A program made the position numbers and the translations under genes. A DNA stretch of 64,000 nt from Candidatus Gastranaerophilales bacterium. Lineage in GTDB: Bacteria > Cyanobacteriota > Vampirovibrionia > Gastranaerophilales > CAJFVJ01. Shown in pieces: positions 45,221 to 53,994 of this stretch; the stretch's first letter is position 1, and each line of letters starts with the position of its first letter. The stretch is from assembly GCA_944323485.1 (NCBI GenBank), contig CALUSR010000003.1, positions 201,466 through 265,465 on the forward strand. Direction: 5' to 3'. Under the pieces are notes generated by a model, which was given only the letters and a program-made list of their open reading frames with translations, was not told the DNA's origin and made no database searches.

Positions 45221-46441
45221 ATGAATATTATAGAAGGCGGAATTACTGCTCCAAAAGGTTTTCTGGCAACAGGAGAACATGTGGGAGTAAAAAAAGTAAA
45301 AAAAGATCTGGCAATCATCTACAGCGAAAAACCTGCATTATGCTCGGCTGTTTTCACAAAGAATCTTGTGAAAGCTCCCCCGCTATGGTGGTGTGAAAAA
45401 CTTGTCAAAGAAAAACAAAAAATTCAGGCAATAGTAATCAACAGCGGTAACGCAAATGCCTGCACAGGAGATAGAGGTTATCAGGATGCACTTGCTATGG
45501 CTGAAACTCTTTCTGAATGCCTGCATATCAAAAAAGAGTCCGTACTTGTAACTTCAACAGGAGTCATAGGGGTTTATCTCCCGATGGATAAGATTATCCC
45601 GGGAATAAAAGAAACTTCAAAAACTCTCGGGGCTGATGAAAAATCAGCAAAAAGATGCGCAAAAGCAATCATGACAACAGATACTTTCAGAAAAGAAATT
45701 GCCGTAGAAATAGAGATAAAAGGTAAAAAAGTAAAACTTGCCGGAATTGCAAAAGGTTCGGGGATGATTCATCCGAATATGGCTACTATGCTTGGTTTTA
45801 TTACTACAGATATCAACATATCCCAAGAGCTTTTGGATAAAGCATTTAAAGAAAACATCAATGATTCGTTCAATATGATTACTGTCGATGGAGAAACAAG
45901 CACGAATGATATGGCTGTAATTCTTGCAAACGGCCTAGCTGAGAACCCCGTTGTTGATAAAGAAGATGAAGACTATGAAAAATTCAAAACAGCCCTCGAC
46001 TACATAACAAAATACCTTGCAAAACAAATAGTCAAAGACGGCGAAGGTGCTACAAAGTTTTTGGAATGCCAGATTTTCAATGCAAAAAACAAAGAAGAAG
46101 CAAGAGTCTTATGCAAAGCAATCTTGAACTCAAACCTCGTCAAAACAGCATTTTTCGGGAATGATGCAAACTGGGGCAGAGTCCTGTCAGCTATGGGGGC
46201 ATCAGGAATTGATTTTGATCCGAATCAGGTAAAAATCTCCTTCAAAAACGATAAAGGCGAAATAAAGTTATTCGAAAACGGTCTGCCTGTTGAGTTTGAT
46301 GAAGACTTCGCCTTCAAAATTCTAAAACAGGAAGAGGTAAAAATTCTGATTGATATGAACCGTGGGATGGAGTCAATTACCGGATGGGGATGCGATTTGA
46401 GCTTTGATTATGTCAAAATCAATGCAGAATACAGAACTTAG
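45221..46441 (+). CDS. argJ: bifunctional ornithine acetyltransferase / N-acetylglutamate synthase
   Basis: GITAPKGF N-terminus and the autoprocessing site ATMLGFITTDI. Confidence 0.9.
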   Translation: MNIIEGGITAPKGFLATGEHVGVKKVKKDLAIIYSEKPALCSAVFTKNLVKAPPLWWCEKLVKEKQKIQAIVINSGNANACTGDRGYQDALAMAETLSECLHIKKESVLVTSTGVIGVYLPMDKIIPGIKETSKTLGADEKSAKRCAKAIMTTDTFRKEIAVEIEIKGKKVKLAGIAKGSGMIHPNMATMLGFITTDINISQELLDKAFKENINDSFNMITVDGETSTNDMAVILANGLAENPVVDKEDEDYEKFKTALDYITKYLAKQIVKDGEGATKFLECQIFNAKNKEEARVLCKAILNSNLVKTAFFGNDANWGRVLSAMGASGIDFDPNQVKISFKNDKGEIKLFENGLPVEFDEDFAFKILKQEEVKILIDMNRGMESITGWGCDLSFDYVKINAEYRT

Positions 46442-46454
46442 AAGGAAATAAACA

Positions 46455-47345
46455 ATGCAGGAATACATAAAAAAAGCAGGAATATTGATTGAGGCAATGC
46501 CATATATCAGCAAGTTTCACGGGAAAACCGTCGTCATCAAATACGGCGGCAGCGCTATGACCGATGAAGAAATAAAACACTCCGTAATAGGTGATATTGC
46601 TTTCATGAAAATGGTCGGTATCAACCCTGTCATTATTCACGGCGGCGGTCCTGAGATAAACAAAGCACTTGCATTAGAGGGTATTGAACCAAAATTTTTC
46701 AACGGACTCAGAGTTACCGATGAAAAGACAATGCAGGTTGTTGAGTCTGTTCTGTCAGGAAAAATTAACAAATCAATTGTCGCAGAATTCCAGCGTCATA
46801 AAACAAAAGCAGTAGGCATCTCAGGAAAAGACGGAATGTTGATTGAAGCGGAGAAAAAAATGCCTGATGGAGCTGATATAGGCTTTGTCGGTGACATAAA
46901 AAAAATAAATACTGAAGTACTTGATACTCTTATCAAAAGCGATTTTGTTCCGGTTATATCTCCTGTCGGAGCTGATAACGAGGCAAACACTTATAACATC
47001 AACGCTGATTATGCCGCTGTAGAGATTGCAATTGCACTCAAAGCAACAAAACTTGTGTTCCTGACGGACATAGAAGGCGTAAGAATGAACGCAGATAATC
47101 CTGATTCTTTAATATCACGTTTAACCCCTCTTGAAATAGAAAATATGATTAACAACGGAACAATTACGGGAGGAATGATTCCAAAAGTTGAGTGCTGCTC
47201 AAAGGCAATCAAGTCAGGTGTTAATTCAGTTCACATAATCAACGGAAAAATAGAACATTCTATTCTTTTGGAAATTTATACAAAAGACGGCATAGGTACA
47301 GTAATTGAGGAGGCTGAAGATGAACAAGTTGCTCTCGTCCACTAA
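46455..47345 (+). CDS. argB: acetylglutamate kinase
   Basis: VIKYGGSAM and HGGGPEI motifs. Confidence 0.9.
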   Translation: MQEYIKKAGILIEAMPYISKFHGKTVVIKYGGSAMTDEEIKHSVIGDIAFMKMVGINPVIIHGGGPEINKALALEGIEPKFFNGLRVTDEKTMQVVESVLSGKINKSIVAEFQRHKTKAVGISGKDGMLIEAEKKMPDGADIGFVGDIKKINTEVLDTLIKSDFVPVISPVGADNEANTYNINADYAAVEIAIALKATKLVFLTDIEGVRMNADNPDSLISRLTPLEIENMINNGTITGGMIPKVECCSKAIKSGVNSVHIINGKIEHSILLEIYTKDGIGTVIEEAEDEQVALVH

Positions 47346-48522
47346 GGAATTGTCAGATAAATATATTATGAACACTTACAAACGCCTCCCTCTTGTCATT
47401 GAAAAAGGAGAAGGAGTCTATCTTTTTGATGAAGACGGAAATAAATTTCTCGATTTTGTAGCAGGTATAGCAGTCAACTGCCTCGGATACGGGAACAAAA
47501 AATTTATTGAGGCTGTAAGCTCTCAGCTCGAGTTATTCAACCACTGCTCAAATATTTATTACAATAAACCTCAAACTGATGTTGCAGAGATTCTTGTTGA
47601 AAACAGTTGTTTTGATAAAGTATTTTTCTGCAACAGCGGAGCTGAGTCAATTGAGGCGGCATTGAAATTATGCAGAAAATTCGGTAATTCAAAAAAAGAA
47701 GGGTGTAATGAAATAATCACCATGAAAAACTCTTTCCATGGGAGAACTCTCGGAGCAATAACAGCAACAGGACAGGAGAAATATCAAAAAGGGCTTGATC
47801 CCCTTCTTCCAAACATTTTTTATGGAGAGTATAACAACCTCGAGTCAATAAAAGCGTTGATAAACGAAAACACCTGCGCCATTTTAATGGAAGTTATACA
47901 GGGTGAAGGAGGTGTAATTCCTGCTGATAAAGAATTTCTTGAACAGGTAAGAACCTTGTGCGATGAAAATGATATCCTGCTTGTTTTTGACGAAGTACAG
48001 ACAGGAATCGGCAGAACAGGGAAATTATTTGCTTACGAGAATTATAATGTTGAACCTGATATCATCTGTCTTGCAAAAGGACTTGCAAACGGTATTCCGG
48101 TTGGAGCAATGATGGCAAAAGAAAAAGCAGCTAAATATTTCTCACCGGGGGACCATGCTTCGACCTTCGGCGGTAATCCTATCGCTATGAGCGGAGCAAA
48201 AGTCGTACTGGATGAAATTATTAATCAAAAACTTCTTCAAAATGTACGTCAGGTTGGAGATTATCTGAAAGCCGAGCTAAAAGTGCTGAAGATAAAATAC
48301 CCTGATATCATTCAGGATGTAAGAGGTTTGGGGCTTATGCTCGGAGTTGAATGCAGCATTTCTCCTTCTGAGATAATATCCGAATGCCAGAAAAACGGTT
48401 TGCTGTTAATAGGCGCAGGACACAATGTCATAAGATTCGTTCCTCCTCTTGTTATATCAAAAGCTGATGTTGATGAGGCTGTTTCTGTTTTTGAAAAAGT
48501 ACTTATGAAGATTAATAAATAA
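47320..48522 (+). CDS. argD: acetylornithine aminotransferase
   Basis: Class III aminotransferase (DEVQTGIGRTGK, PLP-Lys context CLAKGLANG). The ATG at 47320 behind the GAGGAGG RBS is preferred. It overlaps argB by 26 nt. Confidence 0.9.
   Translation: MNKLLSSTKELSDKYIMNTYKRLPLVIEKGEGVYLFDEDGNKFLDFVAGIAVNCLGYGNKKFIEAVSSQLELFNHCSNIYYNKPQTDVAEILVENSCFDKVFFCNSGAESIEAALKLCRKFGNSKKEGCNEIITMKNSFHGRTLGAITATGQEKYQKGLDPLLPNIFYGEYNNLESIKALINENTCAILMEVIQGEGGVIPADKEFLEQVRTLCDENDILLVFDEVQTGIGRTGKLFAYENYNVEPDIICLAKGLANGIPVGAMMAKEKAAKYFSPGDHASTFGGNPIAMSGAKVVLDEIINQKLLQNVRQVGDYLKAELKVLKIKYPDIIQDVRGLGLMLGVECSISPSEIISECQKNGLLLIGAGHNVIRFVPPLVISKADVDEAVSVFEKVLMKINK
48380..48520 (+). repeat. direct repeat copy 1 (the functional 3' end of argD)
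   Basis: About 140 nt, nearly identical (3 mismatches by eye) to 49050..49190, offset 670 bp. Confidence 0.85.
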
Positions 48523-48565
48523 TATTTCATCACATCACTCTGAAGCACAAGTTGAAGAGTATATT

Positions 48566-48724
48566 ATGTCTAAATACGATATGTCAAAAGCTGCCGGCTA
48601 TGATGTGCATTTAAGGCTTGTTGATTTGCCTATTGAAAAAACAATAGAAAGAGCTGTAAACAGATATAGAAAAACCGGAAGGCTTGTACCTATTGAATAT
48701 ATCACTAATGAAGTAGGGATATAG
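48566..48724 (+). pseudogene. gene fragment, zeta-toxin/P-loop kinase C-terminal-like
   Basis: MSKYDMSKAAGYDVHLRLVDLPIEKTIERAVNRYRKTGRLVPIEYITNEVGI resembles the C-terminal part of zeta/PezT-type kinases from memory. It is an isolated 52-aa ORF with no N-terminal P-loop. Confidence 0.4.
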
Positions 48725-48746
48725 ACCTGTACAGAATTATGTTATA

Positions 48747-49079
48747 ATGGAAAAGAAAGGTATATTTGCAAGTTATGAAGCAATCTCAACAGACGTCAAA
48801 TACGGCGAAAAACCGCAACCAATCACAACAGAAGAAGTCATTGAAAGACTTAACGACAGAGGATATGGACTTCAGCAAGAAGAAAATATCAGGGGAAATG
48901 AACTGGTTTCACGATCCGACAGGGGAGGATCTGATAATAGAGTAGTTTATAATCAATCAGCATATCACGGAACGCCACACAGTTTTAATGAATTTTCTCT
49001 TGAACATATAGGAACTGGCGAGGGGCACAGGTTAATGGTTGAAGATTACCCGAATGCCAGAAAAACGGTTTGCTGTTAA
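48747..49079 (+). pseudogene. truncated fragment of a mobile-element (polyvalent-protein-like) gene, running out of frame into argD repeat copy 2
   Basis: ..AYHGTPHSFNEFSLEHIGTGEGHR.. then a nonsense tail EDYPNARKTVCC where the ORF enters the duplicated argD sequence at about 49050. Confidence 0.4.
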
Positions 49080-49190
49080 TAGGCGCAGGACACAATGTCA
49101 TAAGATTCGTTCCTCCTCTTATTATATCAAAAGCTGATGTTGATGAGGCTGTTTCTGTTTTCGAAAAAGTACTCATGAAGATTAATAAAC
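49050..49190 (+). repeat. direct repeat copy 2 (orphan copy of the argD 3' end)
   Basis: See 48380..48520. This copy would read ..MKINKL* instead of ..MKINK* and is followed by REP-like modules. Confidence 0.85.
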
Positions 49191-49320
49191 TCTGAACGCC
49201 AGATTAAGAGTCTTCGAACGAGGAAATTCTTACGGCTATAACGGTTATGTTGTCATCTTAAGTGTAGCTAAGGATTTCTTTGTATTCACTCACTCTGAGC
49301 GGCAAGCAGGTCTTTCATTC
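49188..49320. repeat. REP-like modules downstream of the orphan argD end
   Basis: ACTCTGAACGCCAGATTAAGAGTCT and cACTCTGAGCGGCAAGCAGGTCT. Related to 38838..38899, to 48536..48560 (ACTCTGAAGCACAAGTTGAAGAGT) and to the MITE interior. Confidence 0.4.
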
Positions 49321-49340
49321 CCAAAATAACAGAAAACAAT

Positions 49341-49368
49341 AAAAAAAAGCCTCTTGAAATCAAGAGGC
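49341..49368 (-). terminator. rho-independent terminator of adhE
   Basis: GCCTCTTG-aaat-CAAGAGGC with an 8-nt A-run on the + strand (a T-run on the minus strand), 30 nt after the adhE stop. Confidence 0.8.
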
Positions 49369-49397
49369 CGGTAAAACAAATTATGTGTAAAAATAAC

Positions 49398-52028
49398 TTA
49401 GATGACACCGTTATAAGCATCAATATACATTTGTTTGATTTCCTTAAATAACGGATATCTCGGGTTTGCTCCCGTGCACTGGTCATCAAATGCAAGTTCA
49501 ACCATTTCATCGAGTTTTGACATAAACTCTGCTTCGTCAATACCGTATTCTCTGATTGACATCGGAAGACCGAGGTCTTTTTTCATCTGTATCAGAGCTT
49601 CTTGAAGAAGTTGAACTTTTTCATCGTCATTCTTACCGCCCAAGCCCAATTCATCAGCAATCTGACCGTATTTCATTTTTGCATTCGGGAATTTGTATTG
49701 CGGGAATGCTGTTTGTTTAGCCGGTTTATCAGTTGCGTTGAATTTGATAACCTGGTTGATTAACAATGCGTTAGCAAGACCATGCGGTACGTGGAACATA
49801 GCGCCCAACTTGTGAGCCATTGAGTGGCACATACCAAGGAATGCGTTTGCAAAAGCCATACCTGCGATTGTTGCTGCATAGTGGACTTTTTCTCTTGCAA
49901 CCGGATCATTCTTACCTTCGTTATAAGAACGACGCAGATATCTGAACAACAACTTGAGCGCTTCTAATGAATTGCTGTTTGTAAAGTTAGTGCCCATTAC
50001 TGATACATAAGCTTCAAGAGCGTGTACGATAGCGTCATATCCGGAAACAGCAGTCAAACCTTTAGGCATAGAGTCTACCAGGTTCGGGTCAACGATAGCT
50101 ACGTTCGGAGTCAATGCATAGTCAGCAATTGCATACTTAACATGTGTTTCATCATCAGTGATGATTGAGAACGGTGTAACTTCTGAACCGGTACCTGAAG
50201 TTGTAGGTATACATACCATTTCAGCTTTTTTACCGAGATCAGGTATCTGGCAAATTCTCTTTCTGATATCCATAAATCTCATAGCGATATCTTCAAATAC
50301 CGTATCAGGTTGTTCGTACATCAACCAGAGAATTTTAGCTGCGTCCATAGAAGAACCGCCGCCAAGAGCAATGAACACATCAGGTTCATAAGCTTTAACC
50401 ATCATCATTGCATCATTGATTGTTGACAATGTCGGATCTGGTTTTACATCAAAGAAGATTTGATAATCAACACCGATATCATCCAATACGTTTGTAATAC
50501 CTTGAGTCATTCCTGAATTGAAGAGGAATCTGTCTGTTACGATAAATGCTCTTTTCTTTCCTTTCAATTCTCTGAGAGCCAAATCAAGTGCGCCTCTCTT
50601 GAAGTAAATTTTTGCAGGAACCTTATACCAGAGCATGTTTTCTCTCCTTTCAGCTACTGTTTTGATGTTTAATAAGTGGTGGACTCCAACGTTTTCGCTG
50701 GTAGCGTTACCGCCCCAAGAGCCGCATCCGAGTGTAAGTGACGGATTTACTCTGAAGTTGTACAAATCACCGATACCACCTTGTGATGATGGAGTATTAA
50801 TCAAGATTCTGCAAGTATGTAATCTTCTTCCGAAGTAGTCAATTCTGTCAGTTTTTCTTTCATCAGTGTAAAGAACAGATGTATGACCTGCTCCGCCAAA
50901 GTCAACCAGTTCATAAGCTGTTTGAACAGCAGCTTCAAAGTTTGATGCACGGTACATAGCAAGAACAGGTGAGAGTTTTTCATGTGCAAACGGTTCTTCT
51001 TCGCAAACATCAGTAACTTCACCGATAAGAACTTTTGTTTCTTCAGGAACAGTAATCCCTGCAACTTCTGCAATTTTGGAAGCAGGCTGACCTACGATTG
51101 CTGCGTTTACTCTTCCGTTTTGAATAACAGTTTTGCCTACTTTTTCTCTTTCTTCAGGATTGAGGATATAAGCACCTCTGTATTCAAATTCTTTTTTAAC
51201 TTCTTCATATACTTCATCAACAACAATAACTGATTGTTCAGAAGCACAAATCATACCGTTATCAAAAGTTTTACTCAAAAGAATTGAAGAAACAGCCATT
51301 TTGATATCTGCAGTTTCATCGATTACAGCAGGAGTATTACCGGGACCTACACCCAATGCAGGTTTCCCTGAAGAATAAGCAGCAGTAACCATGCCGGGGC
51401 CGCCTGTAGCAAGAATCATATCTATATCAGGGTGTTTCATCAATGCATTTGATAATGCAACAGATGGCTCATCTATCCAGCTGATTAAACCTTCAGGAGC
51501 GCCGGCTTTTACGGCAGCATCCAAAACGACTTTTGCAGCTGCAATTGTGCATTTTTTAGCTCTCGGGTGAGGAGAGAAAACAAGAGCGTTTCTTGTTTTT
51601 AATGCGATTAAAGATTTGAAAATAGCTGTAGAAGTCGGGTTTGTAGTCGGGATAACAGCAGCTATTACACCGATAGGTTCAGCTACCATCTTGATACCGT
51701 TCGCTTTATCTTCGCTGATGATATCGCATGTTTTGTAGTTTTTGTATTTGTTGTAGATGTATTCCGATGCAAAGTGGTTTTTGATAATCTTATCTTCCAT
51801 AACCCCCATGCCTGTTTCTTCAACAGCCATTCTTGCAAGAGGAATTCTCATTTTGTCTGCTGCTGTAGCAGCTGCTTTGAAAATTTTGTCTACTTGTTCC
51901 TGGTTGAATGTTGCGTAAATTTTTTGAGCTTTTGCAGCTTTATCAATAGCAAAGTGCAAATCTTCTTCTGTCTTTACTTCAACATTTGCCGGACAAGTTG
52001 TTTCTTCAGGTAATTTTTCTGTAATCAT
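49398..52028 (-). CDS. adhE: bifunctional acetaldehyde-CoA/alcohol dehydrogenase
   Basis: 876 aa: an N-terminal aldehyde dehydrogenase domain plus a C-terminal iron-type ADH domain (GGGSSMDAAK, metal-site His cluster). Confidence 0.95.
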   Translation of the reverse strand: MITEKLPEETTCPANVEVKTEEDLHFAIDKAAKAQKIYATFNQEQVDKIFKAAATAADKMRIPLARMAVEETGMGVMEDKIIKNHFASEYIYNKYKNYKTCDIISEDKANGIKMVAEPIGVIAAVIPTTNPTSTAIFKSLIALKTRNALVFSPHPRAKKCTIAAAKVVLDAAVKAGAPEGLISWIDEPSVALSNALMKHPDIDMILATGGPGMVTAAYSSGKPALGVGPGNTPAVIDETADIKMAVSSILLSKTFDNGMICASEQSVIVVDEVYEEVKKEFEYRGAYILNPEEREKVGKTVIQNGRVNAAIVGQPASKIAEVAGITVPEETKVLIGEVTDVCEEEPFAHEKLSPVLAMYRASNFEAAVQTAYELVDFGGAGHTSVLYTDERKTDRIDYFGRRLHTCRILINTPSSQGGIGDLYNFRVNPSLTLGCGSWGGNATSENVGVHHLLNIKTVAERRENMLWYKVPAKIYFKRGALDLALRELKGKKRAFIVTDRFLFNSGMTQGITNVLDDIGVDYQIFFDVKPDPTLSTINDAMMMVKAYEPDVFIALGGGSSMDAAKILWLMYEQPDTVFEDIAMRFMDIRKRICQIPDLGKKAEMVCIPTTSGTGSEVTPFSIITDDETHVKYAIADYALTPNVAIVDPNLVDSMPKGLTAVSGYDAIVHALEAYVSVMGTNFTNSNSLEALKLLFRYLRRSYNEGKNDPVAREKVHYAATIAGMAFANAFLGMCHSMAHKLGAMFHVPHGLANALLINQVIKFNATDKPAKQTAFPQYKFPNAKMKYGQIADELGLGGKNDDEKVQLLQEALIQMKKDLGLPMSIREYGIDEAEFMSKLDEMVELAFDDQCTGANPRYPLFKEIKQMYIDAYNGVI

Positions 52029-52076
52029 GTTTCAATGTCCTTTATTTCTAACATCGTGTAGTATAACGCAAAATAA

Positions 52077-52094
52077 TTGTGATTTATTTCACTA
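52077..52094. promoter_or_regulatory. Rex/CRP-type palindrome upstream of adhE
   Basis: TTGTGAtttattTCACta against the Rex consensus TTGTGAAnnnnTTCACAA (or CRP/FNR-type TGTGA-N6-TCACA). It lies 49 nt upstream of the adhE start. Confidence 0.45.
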
Positions 52095-52215
52095 TTCATA
52101 ATATAGCAAATGATAAAAATTTTTCAAGTGTATCTTTAACAATTATTTACAAAAATACTTCATCTAAACTAAGTCACTGCCCTGACTTTGCAAAATAATA
52201 TAGGCCGAATAAACG

Positions 52216-52243
52216 TTGACAGAAACAGCACAGATGTTATAAT
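52216..52243 (+). promoter_or_regulatory. candidate promoter of the hydS-like operon
   Basis: TTGACA, a 16-nt spacer, then TGtTATAAT. Confidence 0.45.
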
Positions 52244-52256
52244 TTTAGTTATATAA

Positions 52257-52274
52257 GTGTGAAAAATATCACGA
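52257..52274. promoter_or_regulatory. Rex/CRP-type palindrome just downstream of the hydS promoter -10
   Basis: gTGTGAAaaataTCACga, positioned as a repressor site. Confidence 0.45.
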
Positions 52275-52302
52275 TTTTAGGTAATGGATTAAAGGTATAA
52301 AA

Positions 52303-53994
52303 ATGGGAATAATAGAAATTATAAAATCCAACTGCAAGGATTGTTATAAATGTATAAAACACTGTCCTGTCAATGCAATCAGTTATTCAGACAACAGAGT
52401 CTGCATTGATTTTGACAAGTGTATTCTTGATGGAACATGCGTCAATGTCTGCCCGCAGAAGGCAAAAAAAGTAAAAACCTCTCTCCCTGAGCTGAAAGAA
52501 GCTTTAAAAAACGGAGAAAAAGTTATAGCAAGCATCGCTCCATCTTTTTATGCTTATTATGATTTTGACAAAACAGGCTGTATTTTATCATTTCTCAAAT
52601 CTCAAGGAATTTTCAGGGTAGAGCAGACCTCTCAATTTGCAAAAATAAATGCAATAAAACACTATGAATACATGAAGATTACCAAACTGCCTGTTATTTC
52701 AACGGCATGCCCGGTTATAGTGAAGCTGATAGAAAATTTCTATCCTGACTTGATAAACCTGCTCGCTCCGGTTGATAGCCCTATGGTGCTGCATGCAAAA
52801 GAAATAAAAGAAAACTATCCTGACTCAAAAGTAGTGTTCATAGGCCCATGCCTTGCAAAAAAGAATGAAGCGGAGGAAAACGGAATAGAGTATGCTCTGT
52901 CGTTCAACGAGCTAGAAGAGTGGATGAATGATGAGAACTTTTCTTTTGACAAAGTTACTCCGGAATTTTTCAATGACGATTATATCTACGAAACATCGAC
53001 ATATCCTCTTGAGGGTTCTCTTCTGACTCTGTGCGGTGCCGATAAAGAGTTATCAAAAGATGAGATGATTTCTCTGAGCGGATTAGAAGAAATTATGGAA
53101 TTTCTCAAGTACCTGAGAGGCAAATCAAATGTTCAATACAAAATGATTGAGATGTTAGCCTGCAAAAACGGTTGCATAAACGGGCCTCTCAAACCATCCA
53201 GTTATTGTGATGCAAATTATTTTGAGATAGAGGAAAAATTCAACAAAGAAATAAATATGTTTGAGAAAAAAGACCAAAAAATCCTCAACATAAACAAATA
53301 TCCTCTTAACAGAAGATTTGCCAATCATTACGAAGAAGAGATTGTGCCGACTGAGGAACAAATCAGAGCAACTCTGCGTTCAATGGAAAAATACACAAAA
53401 GAGGATGAAATTAACTGCGGAGCCTGCGGTTATAAGTCTTGCCGGGATAAAGCGATTGCTGTCATACAGGGGAAAGCTGAGAAAGAGATGTGCATTCCTT
53501 ATATGAAAAATCGTGCTGAAAAATTTTCGAGAATTTTGCTTGAGTCAAATCCAAACGGAGTAATTATTCTTGATGACAATCTGAAAATAACGGGCGTGAA
53601 TGATGCGCTTCTTGAGATGGCTGATAAAAAAGCCGATGAGCTTATTAATCAGAATATATCAGTATTGTTTGATGATTTGGAACCATTCCAGAATGTTTTG
53701 AAAAACAAAAAGCATGTCTACGAAGCAATAAGAGCATTCAACAATAAAAAGGTAAAGAAAATAATCTTCTCTATAAAAGACCTTGGAATAACGATTGTGT
53801 TTCTGGTTGATATTACGGAAGCTGATGTCCACAAACAGGCGCTTGAAAAAGTTAAGATGGAAACACTCGAAAAAGCGCAGGCCGTTTTGGATAAGCAGAT
53901 GAAAGTAACTCATGATGTAGCTGTACTCCTTGGTGAATCAACAGCTGAAACGGAGATGTTGTTAGGTAAACTGATAAATCTGATAAAACAATGA
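52303..53994 (+). CDS. sensory [FeFe]-hydrogenase-like protein (HydS-type: 2x[4Fe-4S], H-domain, Cx2Cx4Cx16C, PAS)
   Basis: Ferredoxin motifs CKDCYKCIKHCP and CILDGTCVNVCP. H-cluster motifs are variant: TACP (canonical TSCCP), GPCLAKKNE (MPCxxKxxE) and MLACKNGCINGP. Then CGACGYKSC-x16-C and a PAS-like C-terminus. Confidence 0.8.
   Translation: MGIIEIIKSNCKDCYKCIKHCPVNAISYSDNRVCIDFDKCILDGTCVNVCPQKAKKVKTSLPELKEALKNGEKVIASIAPSFYAYYDFDKTGCILSFLKSQGIFRVEQTSQFAKINAIKHYEYMKITKLPVISTACPVIVKLIENFYPDLINLLAPVDSPMVLHAKEIKENYPDSKVVFIGPCLAKKNEAEENGIEYALSFNELEEWMNDENFSFDKVTPEFFNDDYIYETSTYPLEGSLLTLCGADKELSKDEMISLSGLEEIMEFLKYLRGKSNVQYKMIEMLACKNGCINGPLKPSSYCDANYFEIEEKFNKEINMFEKKDQKILNINKYPLNRRFANHYEEEIVPTEEQIRATLRSMEKYTKEDEINCGACGYKSCRDKAIAVIQGKAEKEMCIPYMKNRAEKFSRILLESNPNGVIILDDNLKITGVNDALLEMADKKADELINQNISVLFDDLEPFQNVLKNKKHVYEAIRAFNNKKVKKIIFSIKDLGITIVFLVDITEADVHKQALEKVKMETLEKAQAVLDKQMKVTHDVAVLLGESTAETEMLLGKLINLIKQ

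Noticed and set aside
48312-49176. Two similar minus-strand ORFs (48312..48548 and 48985..49176), both containing ..SAFDI.RGGTNLMTLCPAPINSKPFFWHS..
   Set aside because: They are antisense shadows of argD and of its duplicated 3' end. Their similarity simply mirrors the direct repeat.
48380-49190. The argD 3' duplication could be an assembly artefact
   Set aside because: The two copies differ at several positions and have different downstream junctions, which argues for a real duplication. Only read-level data can settle this, so I kept it as a finding with this caveat.
51751-51758. ttgtagat inside adhE, resembling the end of a Cas12a repeat
   Set aside because: Only the last 8 nt match. There is no AATTTCTAC 5' stem arm, and the site lies inside a well-conserved coding region. 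This is chance similarity.
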